Positions 27,028-36,739 of a stretch of 38,987 bases of DNA are shown here, one piece after another. The notes beneath the pieces were generated by a model. The model was given only the letters and a program-made list of their open reading frames with translations, was not told the DNA's origin and ran no database searches. Source of the DNA: a phage; sequence record PZ379547.1; one strand, 5' to 3'. A program made the position numbers and the translations under genes. The first letter of the stretch is position 1. Every line of letters begins with the position of its first letter.

Positions 27028-27599
27028 GTATCGGCATGGGAATTATGACTGTAGCTGGTGCCACTATGTCCGCATCTCAACAGGCAAAGGCTGAGGGTGC
27101 TGCTATCGACGCTCAGAACCGGCAGGCTCAGGAGATGATTAAACAGATGAACTACTCTGACGCCAACCTGAGGATGCAGGAGCGAGACCTTAAGGAGCAA
27201 CAGGTCGCTGAACTGACTGAGACAACTCTGAATGGTGTTCGCAATCAGGGTATGGTCCGAGCTGCGGTGGCTGAGTCCGGTCTGGAAGGTAACTCTATTG
27301 ACAGGATTGAACGTCAGGTCGAAGGAGATACAGTCAAGGAGCGAGCAGGGATTACAGAAAGTTACAACCGCGACTATGCGGCTATCTTCGGGAACCGTAT
27401 CGCCAACATTGAGAACACCAAGTCTGCTATCCGTGGTCAAGGTAAGATCATCAAGACCAGTCCGCTGGCCCATGCACTTAATGTTGCAAGCGCCGGGATG
27501 CAGGGGTACGCTGCTGGTAAGTCAATCTCTGGGGCATCAAGCTCTGGTGGTGCTGCACCGATTAGTGCTGCTAAAGGCACACCTACAGGTCATAGCTAA
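27012..27599 (+). CDS. gp14: Internal virion protein B (T7 gene 14 homolog), 195 aa
   Basis: MC...SQQAKAEGAAIDAQNRQAQEM, ESGLEGNSIDRI, ITESYNRDYAAIF resemble recalled T7 gp14. Confidence 0.85.
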   Translation: MCEPVSIGMGIMTVAGATMSASQQAKAEGAAIDAQNRQAQEMIKQMNYSDANLRMQERDLKEQQVAELTETTLNGVRNQGMVRAAVAESGLEGNSIDRIERQVEGDTVKERAGITESYNRDYAAIFGNRIANIENTKSAIRGQGKIIKTSPLAHALNVASAGMQGYAAGKSISGASSSGGAAPISAAKGTPTGHS

Positions 27600-27610
27600 G
27601 AGGAGGACTA

Positions 27611-29893
27611 ATGGCTAGTAATATTGAATCAGCTCTGGCTAATCGGACTATGGGTCGCGGCAGAGCGCCGGGTAAAACTATCGCCGTCAACTATCAAGCA
27701 GCCAACGTTCAGGCTCCGACTGGGGACTCCGGTCTGGCTCGTGCGTTAACCAACTTCGTTGAGTCTGGGACTGGATTGTACAAGCAGTTCAAGGACGAGG
27801 AGAAGACCAGAGCTGACGAGCGGTCTAACGAGATTATCCGTAAACTGACACCTCAGCAAAGACGTGAGGCTATCCAGAACGGCACATTGCTGTATCAGGA
27901 TGACCCTTACGCTATGGAAGCACTTCGAGTCAAGACTGGTCGTAATGCTGCCTTTGCTGTAGACGACGAGATTAACGTTAAGATTCAGAACGGTGAGTTC
28001 CGTACACGTCAGGACATGGAAGAGTATCGCCACCAGCGACTTCAGGACGCCGCTAAGTCCTATGCTGAAGAGGCGGGTATTAACCCTACAGACGAGTTCT
28101 TCCAGCGTGGGTTCAACGATAACATCACAGACCGCAACATCGCTATCTATGGGTCTTTCAATAAGTATTTCAGCAAGCAGTCTGAAGAGACAGCAATGTT
28201 GAACACCCGTATTGAGATGAACTCATTCCTGAACGATGGCGACCTGATGCGTTCACCTGAGTCTGGCAAGACCTTCATGGCCTACCTTCGGGATGGACTA
28301 ACGACTGCTGCTATCCCCTCGGACCAGCGAGCGCGGGAGGTCATTGCCCAGACGGTCCGTGACGCAATCCAGAAGTCAGGCGGCTCAAACTTCCTACAGC
28401 AAGTACGAGGCGAGCGAATCACCCTTAACGGCGTGGATGCTACAGTCGAAGAGATTGTAGGACCTGATGTCTTCAACGCTGCTATTGTTGAGGCACAAGG
28501 AACTGAGTACAAGCTGGTGGCTAAGTATCAGGAAGACTTATCGTTAGGCGTTCAGTCTGCGATTCTTCAGGACGACCCAACCATCGGTCTGGCCCAGATT
28601 CAGAAACTCAAGGAGCAGAACAACCTGCTTCAGCCGGGTGAAGAACTCACGCCTCAGCGTCAGATGCTTATTAATGCCGAAGCCAGCTTACTGGAAGCGG
28701 TCAAGCGTAAGTCTGCTGAACAGGCGAAGGAGAACACTAAGTTAATCCAGACCCAGAACAAGCAGCTAGTCATAGACCAAGTGTATCAGCGACGTCTGGC
28801 TGGAGACAACGTGTCCACCAACTATGAGGACCTTCCGGTCTCTGAATCCACAGGAGAGTTCAAGCGTTCAGACATGAACAACTATGCGTCTGCTAAGCTA
28901 CAGCAGATTGACCAGATGGACATCCCTGAGGCTGCTAAGGACGCACAGAAGGTTGCATTATTAAGAGCTGACACTAACAACGGTCCGTTCCGTAATGCCT
29001 TCCAAACGCTTACTCAGGACGCTGCTGGTGAGTGGCAAGCTGCCGTCATCCGTGGACAGTACGACCCAGACAAGATGCAACGCTTCGAGTCTCTTCGTCG
29101 TGCCTACACTCAGGACCCTTCAAGTTTCGCTGCTCTGTATCCTGACCAAGCTCAGTTGTTCTCTACGTTCGACCAGATGGACAAGATGGGTCTGGACCCT
29201 CAGACGATGATTGAAGCTGATAAGCAAGCTGCAAGTCAAAGCCGTGAGATGCGCATGGAGTCAGACAAGGCGTGGCAGGAGTTGAAGAATGACTCTCGGA
29301 ATAAGGACCTTTCGCGTCTTCCTACGTCTCTGGACGCAAGTGCTCGTAAGGTCTGGGACTCATGGTACTATCGTACAGGTAACGCTGACGCTGCAACGCA
29401 GCAGACTCAACGCTGGCTGAATGAGAACACCGTAACGTTCCAGTCTGAAGGTTCTGACGGTAAGTCCCTCGGCATGGTGTCCAAGCACCAGCTTATGGTC
29501 GGGGATAACCCAGAGTCGTGGCAGGTTGGTCGAGACATTATCGACACCGCTCGTAAGCAGCTCATTAAGGCCAACCCTTGGGTAGTGAACTCTCAGTTGT
29601 CCGTTGTTGAACAGAACGGCTCTATCTTCCTCCAAGACGCTACAGGGACTATTCGTATTCGGTACGATAAAGAACTTGTAGGTAAACTCTACCGCGAACA
29701 ACAGCAGAAGGCACAAGATGCCGCATACGCTCAGGCAGAACGTGACGCTAACAAGCGAGCGCGTATAGTCGGTACTAAAGCTGCTGGTGACAAACGTCGA
29801 GCTGACCGAGAGGCCAACATCGAGAAGCGCGGTGGGATGTATAATGACGTCTCACTGGAGGGTATCGCAAACGTACTAATTGGTAAGGAGTAA
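27611..29893 (+). CDS. gp15: Internal virion (core) protein C (T7 gene 15 homolog), 760 aa
   Basis: ADERSNEIIRKLTPQQRREAIQNGTLLYQDDPYAMEALRVKTGRNAA, TGEFKRSDMNNYA, ALYPDQAQLF, IRIRYDKEL match recalled T7 gp15. Confidence 0.93.
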   Translation: MASNIESALANRTMGRGRAPGKTIAVNYQAANVQAPTGDSGLARALTNFVESGTGLYKQFKDEEKTRADERSNEIIRKLTPQQRREAIQNGTLLYQDDPYAMEALRVKTGRNAAFAVDDEINVKIQNGEFRTRQDMEEYRHQRLQDAAKSYAEEAGINPTDEFFQRGFNDNITDRNIAIYGSFNKYFSKQSEETAMLNTRIEMNSFLNDGDLMRSPESGKTFMAYLRDGLTTAAIPSDQRAREVIAQTVRDAIQKSGGSNFLQQVRGERITLNGVDATVEEIVGPDVFNAAIVEAQGTEYKLVAKYQEDLSLGVQSAILQDDPTIGLAQIQKLKEQNNLLQPGEELTPQRQMLINAEASLLEAVKRKSAEQAKENTKLIQTQNKQLVIDQVYQRRLAGDNVSTNYEDLPVSESTGEFKRSDMNNYASAKLQQIDQMDIPEAAKDAQKVALLRADTNNGPFRNAFQTLTQDAAGEWQAAVIRGQYDPDKMQRFESLRRAYTQDPSSFAALYPDQAQLFSTFDQMDKMGLDPQTMIEADKQAASQSREMRMESDKAWQELKNDSRNKDLSRLPTSLDASARKVWDSWYYRTGNADAATQQTQRWLNENTVTFQSEGSDGKSLGMVSKHQLMVGDNPESWQVGRDIIDTARKQLIKANPWVVNSQLSVVEQNGSIFLQDATGTIRIRYDKELVGKLYREQQQKAQDAAYAQAERDANKRARIVGTKAAGDKRRADREANIEKRGGMYNDVSLEGIANVLIGKE

Positions 29894-29897
29894 CATA

Positions 29898-32800
29898 ATG
29901 GCGACTCGTGGTATTCGCAATAACAATCCGGGTAACATCCGGGTAAGTAAGGACCAATGGGAAGGAATGACTGGAGATGATGGCGCATTCGTCACCTTCG
30001 ATAGTCCAGAGTCTGGCGTCCGAGCTTTAGGTAAAAACCTGCTGTCCTACGGTCGCCAAGGCTATGACTCCATCGAGAAGATTATCAACCGATGGGCACC
30101 TCCTAACGAGAACGACACTAAGGCTTATATCGACTCAGTGGTGGCTGCAACTGGTATTCCAGCTACCCAGAGTCTCGACCTATCGAACCCGGACACCCTG
30201 TCTGCTCTGGCGCAAGCTATCAGCTTCCATGAGACAGGCTCCCGGTACGACCCTGAAGTCTATCAGAAGGGAGTCGCACGAGCACTCAATGGCATTAGCC
30301 CAAAGACTCCACCAGTAAGCGCTAACGTATTTGACGCACTCACGGAAGGACTCAAGGCTAAACCTAAAGTAGCTCTTGGCGAGAACCTTCCGAACGCTGC
30401 TGGTCTGAACATTGAGGGTCAAGCATCTGAAGCTCCCAACGAATCGTTCGGTGAAATGTTCTATAAGGCTACCGGCGATACCATGCAGGAACGAGAGGAC
30501 CGCTCTACGTGGTTCGGCTTCGGGGTGGCTACAAAAGCTGAAGTGAAGAACTCTATGATCGGCGTGGCTATCCGCGCTGGTCAGACAGAGGACTCACTTG
30601 ATGTAATTGGCGATGTGTTCAACCCGACCCGTTGGAACAACCATAAGTGGACTCGTGAGGAGCTGGACCAGATTCGTAACGCTGGGGTCCTGCCTCAGTA
30701 TTACGGGGTCATTACTGGTGGCTCCCCTCAGAACCTGACCGAGCTTATTAACTTGGCGCTTGAGAACCAGAAGTTGGACCAAGAGAAGGCCAAGGCTGGG
30801 ACTGGTGCTCAGGTAGCTGCTGGTGTGATTGGCGCTGGTGTAGACCCTCTGACATACGTTCCTATCGCTGGACAGGTTGGTAAAGGCGCTAAGCTGGTCA
30901 ATAAGATGTTCACCGTGGCTGCTCAATCTGGAGCACTGGCTGGTGTGTCAGAGATGGCCCGTACCTCAGTGGCTGGTGGTGATGCTCATGTGGCTGAAGC
31001 TATCCTTGGTGGTGCTCTCTTCGGTGGTGGTATGACTGCTATCGCTGATGGGTTAGGCAGAGCCTTAGGTCGCAACACTAATGAGTTTGCTGGCCCAGCT
31101 ACACGTCTGGAAGCTCGTGAGACCGCTCGTAACGTTGATGGTCAGGACCTGTCTCGTCTCCCTATTCAGGAAGGTGAGCAGACCTTTAGTCATCAAGGAG
31201 TTAAGTTCGCTGACGTTCCGAATGAGCCGGGTAGTGTACGACTTGAAGATGGTTCAATCCTGATTGGTGAGAACCCTCTGAACCCTAAGACACGTAAGGT
31301 CTTTGACGAAGTGATTGAGCCTGAACGTGCCGCTGCTGGTGTGAACCTTGGTGGGCTAACTGAGATTGGCCTGAAGCTGCTTCGGTCCGAGAACCCTGAG
31401 ATTCGTGGAGTCGCTTCCGACTTAGTGCGTTCACCGACTGGTATGCAGTCAGGGGCCTCAGGTAAAATCGGGACCACTGCGTCAGACGTATTCGAGAGAC
31501 TTCGTGCTGTGGACCATCGGTTCTACAATGACATCGACGATGCGGTTACTGAGGCACTAAAGGACCCGTACTTCCAGACAGCATTCTGGCGAGACTCTGG
31601 CGCATTCCGTCAAGACATCTATCAGCGCGTGTCTATGGCTATCGAAGATGGTAGCGGAAACCTGAAGGCTGAATTGACTCCGGGAGAACTGAAAGTCTAT
31701 GACCTGCTGAAGAACCAGTTTGACGCCAAGCGTGAGATGATGGAGAACCCGGCGATGTTTGGTCGCCCAGACGCTCAGTCTATCTTTCCGGGTAGCCGCT
31801 TCAAGGGAACATACGTCCCGCATGTGTATAGCAACCAGATGAAGGAGCTGTACATCAAGGAGCTTGGGAGTCCAGAGGCACTACAGGAGGCCATCAAGAA
31901 GTCATGGTTGACCAGCTATGCGTCTCGACCTGAAGTCAAGAAACGTGTGGACGAGGCACTCTTAGAGGCTGACCCTACGTTGACTCCAGAAGGACTTGCG
32001 GCTGCGGTCGATAAGTACGCCAACGATAAGGCTTATGGTATCTCTCACACCGAGCAGTTCGAGCGTTCATCCGTAATGGAAGAGAACATCAATGGTCTGG
32101 TGGGTCTGGAGAACAACAGCTTCCTTGAGGCTCGTAACCTGTTCGATAGCGACATGTCAATCGTCCTACCTAACGGTCAGACCTTCAGTGTCAACAACCT
32201 GCGTGAGTGGGACATGGACAAGATTGTCCCGGCCTACAACCGTCGAGTTAATGGCGATATTGCTATCATGGCTGGTACAGGCAAGACCACGAAGGACATG
32301 AAGGACTTGGTTGAGACCCTGATGAACAAGGCTGGGGATGACGGTAAGTTGAAAGGTGAAGTATCTACCTTACGTGACACTTTGAAGATTCTAACTGGTC
32401 GTGCTCGACGTGATGGTGCTGATGATGCGGCCTTCGCTACCGTGATGCGCACAATGACAGACCTATCGTTCTTCGCTAAGAATGCCTACATGGGTGTTCA
32501 GAACTTAACGGAGATTGGTGGTATGCTGGCTCGTGGTAACGTTCGTGCAATGCTTCATGGAGTCCCAATTTTCCGTGACCTAGCCTTCCGTAACAAGAAG
32601 GTTGGGGCCTCAGAGATTAAGGACCTGCACAATGTTATCTTCGGTAAGGAACTGGATGACTCAATCCGTCCGTCTAAACAGGATGTCATTGACCGTCTGA
32701 GATCTTACAGTGACCTCGGTCGTGGTACAGCTACAGCTCTGGGGACTGCCAAGTATTACACTGGCGAACTTGCAGTACGCTATCCGTTCACTAAAGTCCT

Positions 32801-33785
32801 CAACGGTACGACCAACTACCTGTTAGATGCTGGACGTCAGGGCTTCCTGTCTGACATCGTGGAGCATAGCCTGACTGGTAGTAAGCGTAAGTTCGATGAC
32901 CGCTGGCTGAAGACCGCTGGTATCTCTGACGAGCAGTGGAAGGGCATTAAGTCCCTAATCCGTGAGTCAGTGACTCGTGGTCCAGACGGGAAGTATACCA
33001 TCAAGGATAAGAAGGCGTTCAGTCAGGACCCAAGGGCTATGGACCTGTGGCGTATGGGTGACACCATCGCTGACGAGACATTGCTTCGTCCACACAAGCT
33101 GAGCAACATGGACGCCAAGGCTTATGGTCCTCTGGCTAAGACTGTCCTTCAGTTTAAGAACTTCGTCATCAAGTCCATCAATGGGCGTACCATGCGAACC
33201 TTCTATAACGCCACGAAGAACAACCGAGCGATGGATGCTGCTCTGTCCACCGTGATGTCTATGGGTCTTGCTGGTATCTACTACATGGCTCAGGCACACA
33301 TAAAGGCTTACGCTATGCAGGACGGTCGTGACCGAGAGTATCTGAAGCAAGCCCTTAACCCAACAATGATTGGCTATGCGGCGCTGTCCCGTAGCTCCCA
33401 CTTAGGTGGTCCTCTTGGGGTCGCCCACATTCTGGGTGGAATCGCTGGGTATGAGGACACTAAGATGCTCCGCTCGTCAATCCTTCCGCGCTCACCTACC
33501 GAGAAGACGGAGAAGCCAATCGCCTTTGGTGCTGCTTCCAGTGGTCCGGTAATGAATGTGGTCGGCAACTTCCTTGAGCAGGTCCCGGCTTTCGGCTATG
33601 CTGCTAACGTTGGTGCTACGGCTTACAACTTGGCGGGATACCTCAAGGCTGATACCCGTGTCAACGAGCGAGACTACATGACCGGGATGTATAACACGTT
33701 CCGTGAACTTGTACCGAATGACCCGATTACCCAGAAGTTGCTGCTTGGAACGTTTGAGGAGCAGGGCATCCACATCAAGGACTAA
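29898..33785 (+). CDS. gp16: Internal virion (core/ejection) protein D (T7 gene 16 homolog), 1295 aa; N-terminal about 130 aa differ from the T7 transglycosylase module
   Basis: From about residue 200 strongly T7 gp16-like (RWNNHKWTREELDQIR, VITGGSPQNLTELINLA, RLEARETARN, RSPTGMQSGASGK, NPAMFGRP, GTYVPHVY, EARNLFDSD, NGTTNYLLDA, DPRAMDLWR); start moved to ATG 29898 (AAGGAG 7 nt upstream). Confidence 0.93.
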   Translation: MATRGIRNNNPGNIRVSKDQWEGMTGDDGAFVTFDSPESGVRALGKNLLSYGRQGYDSIEKIINRWAPPNENDTKAYIDSVVAATGIPATQSLDLSNPDTLSALAQAISFHETGSRYDPEVYQKGVARALNGISPKTPPVSANVFDALTEGLKAKPKVALGENLPNAAGLNIEGQASEAPNESFGEMFYKATGDTMQEREDRSTWFGFGVATKAEVKNSMIGVAIRAGQTEDSLDVIGDVFNPTRWNNHKWTREELDQIRNAGVLPQYYGVITGGSPQNLTELINLALENQKLDQEKAKAGTGAQVAAGVIGAGVDPLTYVPIAGQVGKGAKLVNKMFTVAAQSGALAGVSEMARTSVAGGDAHVAEAILGGALFGGGMTAIADGLGRALGRNTNEFAGPATRLEARETARNVDGQDLSRLPIQEGEQTFSHQGVKFADVPNEPGSVRLEDGSILIGENPLNPKTRKVFDEVIEPERAAAGVNLGGLTEIGLKLLRSENPEIRGVASDLVRSPTGMQSGASGKIGTTASDVFERLRAVDHRFYNDIDDAVTEALKDPYFQTAFWRDSGAFRQDIYQRVSMAIEDGSGNLKAELTPGELKVYDLLKNQFDAKREMMENPAMFGRPDAQSIFPGSRFKGTYVPHVYSNQMKELYIKELGSPEALQEAIKKSWLTSYASRPEVKKRVDEALLEADPTLTPEGLAAAVDKYANDKAYGISHTEQFERSSVMEENINGLVGLENNSFLEARNLFDSDMSIVLPNGQTFSVNNLREWDMDKIVPAYNRRVNGDIAIMAGTGKTTKDMKDLVETLMNKAGDDGKLKGEVSTLRDTLKILTGRARRDGADDAAFATVMRTMTDLSFFAKNAYMGVQNLTEIGGMLARGNVRAMLHGVPIFRDLAFRNKKVGASEIKDLHNVIFGKELDDSIRPSKQDVIDRLRSYSDLGRGTATALGTAKYYTGELAVRYPFTKVLNGTTNYLLDAGRQGFLSDIVEHSLTGSKRKFDDRWLKTAGISDEQWKGIKSLIRESVTRGPDGKYTIKDKKAFSQDPRAMDLWRMGDTIADETLLRPHKLSNMDAKAYGPLAKTVLQFKNFVIKSINGRTMRTFYNATKNNRAMDAALSTVMSMGLAGIYYMAQAHIKAYAMQDGRDREYLKQALNPTMIGYAALSRSSHLGGPLGVAHILGGIAGYEDTKMLRSSILPRSPTEKTEKPIAFGAASSGPVMNVVGNFLEQVPAFGYAANVGATAYNLAGYLKADTRVNERDYMTGMYNTFRELVPNDPITQKLLLGTFEEQGIHIKD

Positions 33786-33803
33786 ACTATCACTACAGGA
33801 AAC
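33781..33803 (+). promoter_or_regulatory. Phage RNAP promoter, variant (C at -2), upstream of tail fibre gene (T7 phi17-like)
   Basis: actaaactatcactacaggaaac; overlaps gp16 stop. Confidence 0.6.
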
Positions 33804-33849
33804 TGGAGGCGCTACCATAGGTCTCCGTTTAAATCACAAAGGAGGCATA

Positions 33850-36030
33850 ATGTCCACGATTACACAATTCCCTTCAGGAAACACTCAGTACAGGATAGAG
33901 TTCGACTACCTAGCCAGAACGTTTGTTGTTGTTACGCTGGTGAATAGCTCTAACCCTACCCTGAACCGTGTACTGGAAGTTGGTCGAGATTACCGATTCC
34001 TTAATCCAACGATGATTGAGATGTTGGCTGACCAATCAGGTTTCGACATCGTTCGTATTCACCGTCAGACTGGAACTGACTTAGTGGTAGACTTCAGGAA
34101 TGGCTCAGTGTTGACAGCTAGTGACCTGACCAATTCAGAGCTTCAGGCTATCCATATTGCAGAAGAAGGTCGAGACCAAACGGTTGACTTAGCGAAGGAA
34201 TATGCCGATGCTGCTGGTAGCTCTGCTGGCAATGCTAAGGATAGCGAGGACGAAGCACGCCGAATCGCTGCGAGTATCAAGGCAGCTGGTAAAATTGGCT
34301 ATATTACCAGCCGATCATTCGAGAAAGGCTTCAACGTTACAAAATGGAACGAGGTCCTGCTATGGGAAGAGGATGGTGATTATTACCGCTGGGATGGTAC
34401 GCTTCCAAAGAACGTTCCGGCTGGTTCAACTCCTGAATCATCTGGTGGTATTGGGCTGGGTGCGTGGGTTAGTGTTGGCGATGCGTCACTTAGAGCAAGC
34501 CTGTCTGATAGCGATGGCACTAAATACATAGGCAGTGGAGAAAGGACATTACTTGAGCACAACAATGATGTTTTGCACTCAAAAGACTTTCCAACACTGC
34601 AGGCAGCTATAGATGCATCTTTGCAAAAAAATGATCTACTGGTGTCTCCTGGCAATTATACTGAAAAAGTTACTATTGGAAACGCGCAGTTAAAAGGTGT
34701 TGGCGGGGCCACGGTACTAAAAACTCCGGCAGACTTTACAAACACTGTTCAGGTTAATTTAGCTACACCTCATTGGCAATTCCGCCATAGTGGTGGTTTT
34801 GCTATAGATGGTTACGGGACAACCGGGGCCGTAGGTATTAGTTTTGACCCGTCAGACCAATATTCCGGACGTCATAATTTTAGTGATGTATACATCCACA
34901 ACATCAACAAGGCCATTCAGAAGCCTTCCGGGAACATCGGCAATACTTGGAGAAATATTGGGATATCTACGTGTGATTGGGGGTATTACGCGATTAGTGG
35001 CTCAGAGATGCATTGCGGGGCCGATACCCTCTACAATATCCACTTCGATGGCATCTCCACCTATGCAGTCTATCTAGACGGCACTGTCGATAATGGCGGG
35101 GTGGGCGCATGGTGGCTTAAAGACTCCATTATTGAGGCTTCCGGAGGTGGCGGGATATACTTAAAAAGTAAATCGGGCGACTGTCCTACATCTCCATGCG
35201 GGGTATCCAATATATGGATGGAAGCGATCGCAACATCACCGGCTGTTCAGGTAGACGGCGTGCCGCAAAAACCGCGAGTTCTCAAGTTGGTAGACACAGC
35301 GATATTCTTTGCTGAGTATTCTTATCTCAACAACATCGAGCTATCCAACTCCAACTTAGTAACTTATGGTTGCCGTTTTGACAACGCTGATGGCAATCAG
35401 GATATTGTCGTGGATGCACAAAGTACCATTGTAGCCCATGACGTGTATTTAAACGGCAGTTCTGGAAAGGACGTTATTGTGGAGTCCGTAGCATCGCAAT
35501 CTGCAACGATAGCTGCCACAAACTTATCTCTGAGGGGCAACTTAACAAGGGGGAGAGTATTTAATACGCCGACAGGGAATAAATTAATGGCTATCACATT
35601 TGACTCAGGTAGCCATAATTTTTCTGGCAGCGCCACCGTTAACGGTTCGACTGTATCTGACGGACTTCACGCCGCTACATGTACCGAATTTTCATTCCCC
35701 GGAGCCGGTTTATATGAAATGGTAGCGACAAGAACAACCATTACATCCGGTAGATGGTACGTGTGGGGAGTTAACTCACGCCTACAATCTGGCTCGGCGG
35801 ATATTAGTATAACGTTAGGTATTACCATTGGTAGTGTTTACACAAAGCCGGGGGAGTGGATTAGCACTTTCGGTGTAGGAAAGGCATCTACCACTGGCAC
35901 TGTAGCGCTATACGTTTCCACAGGAGGAGGTTCGGGAGCTACGGTCAGATTCAGTGACTTTTTCATCGCTGAGTTTACGACGCAAGCTCAGGCTTTAGCT
36001 TTCGCCAATTCAAGGATGTCGTTATCATAA
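33850..36030 (+). CDS. gp17: Tail fibre/tailspike protein (T7 gene 17 homolog at N-terminus; divergent beta-helix-like C-terminal module), 726 aa
   Basis: N-terminus FDYLARTFVVVTL, DYRF, LVVDFRNGSVLTASDL, AIHIAEEGRD matches recalled T7 gp17 adaptor domain; C-terminal part is Gly/Asn/Ser-rich with repetitive short strands and is AT-richer than the rest; start moved to ATG 33850 (GGAGG upstream). Confidence 0.85.
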   Translation: MSTITQFPSGNTQYRIEFDYLARTFVVVTLVNSSNPTLNRVLEVGRDYRFLNPTMIEMLADQSGFDIVRIHRQTGTDLVVDFRNGSVLTASDLTNSELQAIHIAEEGRDQTVDLAKEYADAAGSSAGNAKDSEDEARRIAASIKAAGKIGYITSRSFEKGFNVTKWNEVLLWEEDGDYYRWDGTLPKNVPAGSTPESSGGIGLGAWVSVGDASLRASLSDSDGTKYIGSGERTLLEHNNDVLHSKDFPTLQAAIDASLQKNDLLVSPGNYTEKVTIGNAQLKGVGGATVLKTPADFTNTVQVNLATPHWQFRHSGGFAIDGYGTTGAVGISFDPSDQYSGRHNFSDVYIHNINKAIQKPSGNIGNTWRNIGISTCDWGYYAISGSEMHCGADTLYNIHFDGISTYAVYLDGTVDNGGVGAWWLKDSIIEASGGGGIYLKSKSGDCPTSPCGVSNIWMEAIATSPAVQVDGVPQKPRVLKLVDTAIFFAEYSYLNNIELSNSNLVTYGCRFDNADGNQDIVVDAQSTIVAHDVYLNGSSGKDVIVESVASQSATIAATNLSLRGNLTRGRVFNTPTGNKLMAITFDSGSHNFSGSATVNGSTVSDGLHAATCTEFSFPGAGLYEMVATRTTITSGRWYVWGVNSRLQSGSADISITLGITIGSVYTKPGEWISTFGVGKASTTGTVALYVSTGGGSGATVRFSDFFIAEFTTQAQALAFANSRMSLS

Positions 36031-36174
36031 AAACAACCTCAGCCGAATCGGGTTATTTATCATCAGAACGGTATTGAATCATCGAAGGTTGTGGAGGTAG
36101 AGGCTAACTACACGTTGACCAACGTATGATAACAACTTTGGGTCACGGACGACCCGCTTTAAACTGGAGGTTTT

Positions 36175-36369
36175 ATGATTGAGTTAGACTTCAAGAATGA
36201 GGTCCTCAAAGCCTCGCCTATCGTCGGGACCGCTGCGGCTGATGGTGCCAGTCGGTTCTTCTTTGGGCTAACGCTCAACGAATGGTTCTACGTCGCTGCT
36301 ATCGCGTACACCGTGGTGCAGATTGGCGTCCTAATTTACAAGACGATTAAGAGCGGAGGTAAGACATGA
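36175..36369 (+). CDS. gp17.5: Holin (T7 gene 17.5 homolog), 64 aa
   Basis: LDFKNEVLKASPIVGT...FFGLTLNEWFYVAAIAYTVVQIG matches recalled T7 gp17.5. Confidence 0.9.
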   Translation: MIELDFKNEVLKASPIVGTAAADGASRFFFGLTLNEWFYVAAIAYTVVQIGVLIYKTIKSGGKT

Positions 36370-36629
36370 CGCAGATGGACTTAGAGAAGTTCCTGTTAAT
36401 GCTGGACACAGAACGTGCTAGACTAATGCTGCAAGACCTGCGGGATGACTCTAAGCGTTCGCCCCAGCTCTACAACGCCATTGAGAAGCTACTGGCTCGT
36501 CACAACTTCGTGCTAAGCAAGGTGTCTGTTGACGAGAAGACGCTCGCTGATATGGAGGCCCTGAACGCAGAGTACGATAAGGTGCTCTCCGCTACGGAAG
36601 ATAATGACACTGGATATGGAGTGCAGTAA
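36366..36629 (+). CDS. gp18: Terminase small subunit (T7 gene 18 homolog), 87 aa
   Basis: LMLDTERARLMLQDL, RSPQLYNAIEKLLARHNF resemble recalled T7 gp18; ATGA overlap with holin stop. Confidence 0.85.
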   Translation: MTQMDLEKFLLMLDTERARLMLQDLRDDSKRSPQLYNAIEKLLARHNFVLSKVSVDEKTLADMEALNAEYDKVLSATEDNDTGYGVQ

Positions 36630-36649
36630 ATCTCTTAAGTGTTAGACTC

Positions 36650-36676
36650 AAGGTCATTACTGTATGTAGTGGCCTT
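36650..36676 (+). promoter_or_regulatory. Predicted RNase III processing hairpin (T7 R18.5-like)
   Basis: AAGGUCAUUAC-uguau-GUAGUGGCCUU, 11-bp stem with G-U wobbles; preceded by agactcaagg motif. Confidence 0.6.
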
Positions 36677-36739
36677 TATGGTTAACACTAACTAGTGGAG
36701 GAGACTCTACGTGAAATCTGATAAACCGGGAGGGCAACT

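Noticed and set aside
26982-27473. 163-aa minus-strand ORF
   Set aside because: Antisense to gp14; no SD or promoter.
33703-33849. Track start of the tail fibre ORF at 33703
   Set aside because: Would overlap gp16 by 80 nt and precede the promoter; ATG 33850 with GGAGG and the conserved fibre N-terminus is preferred.
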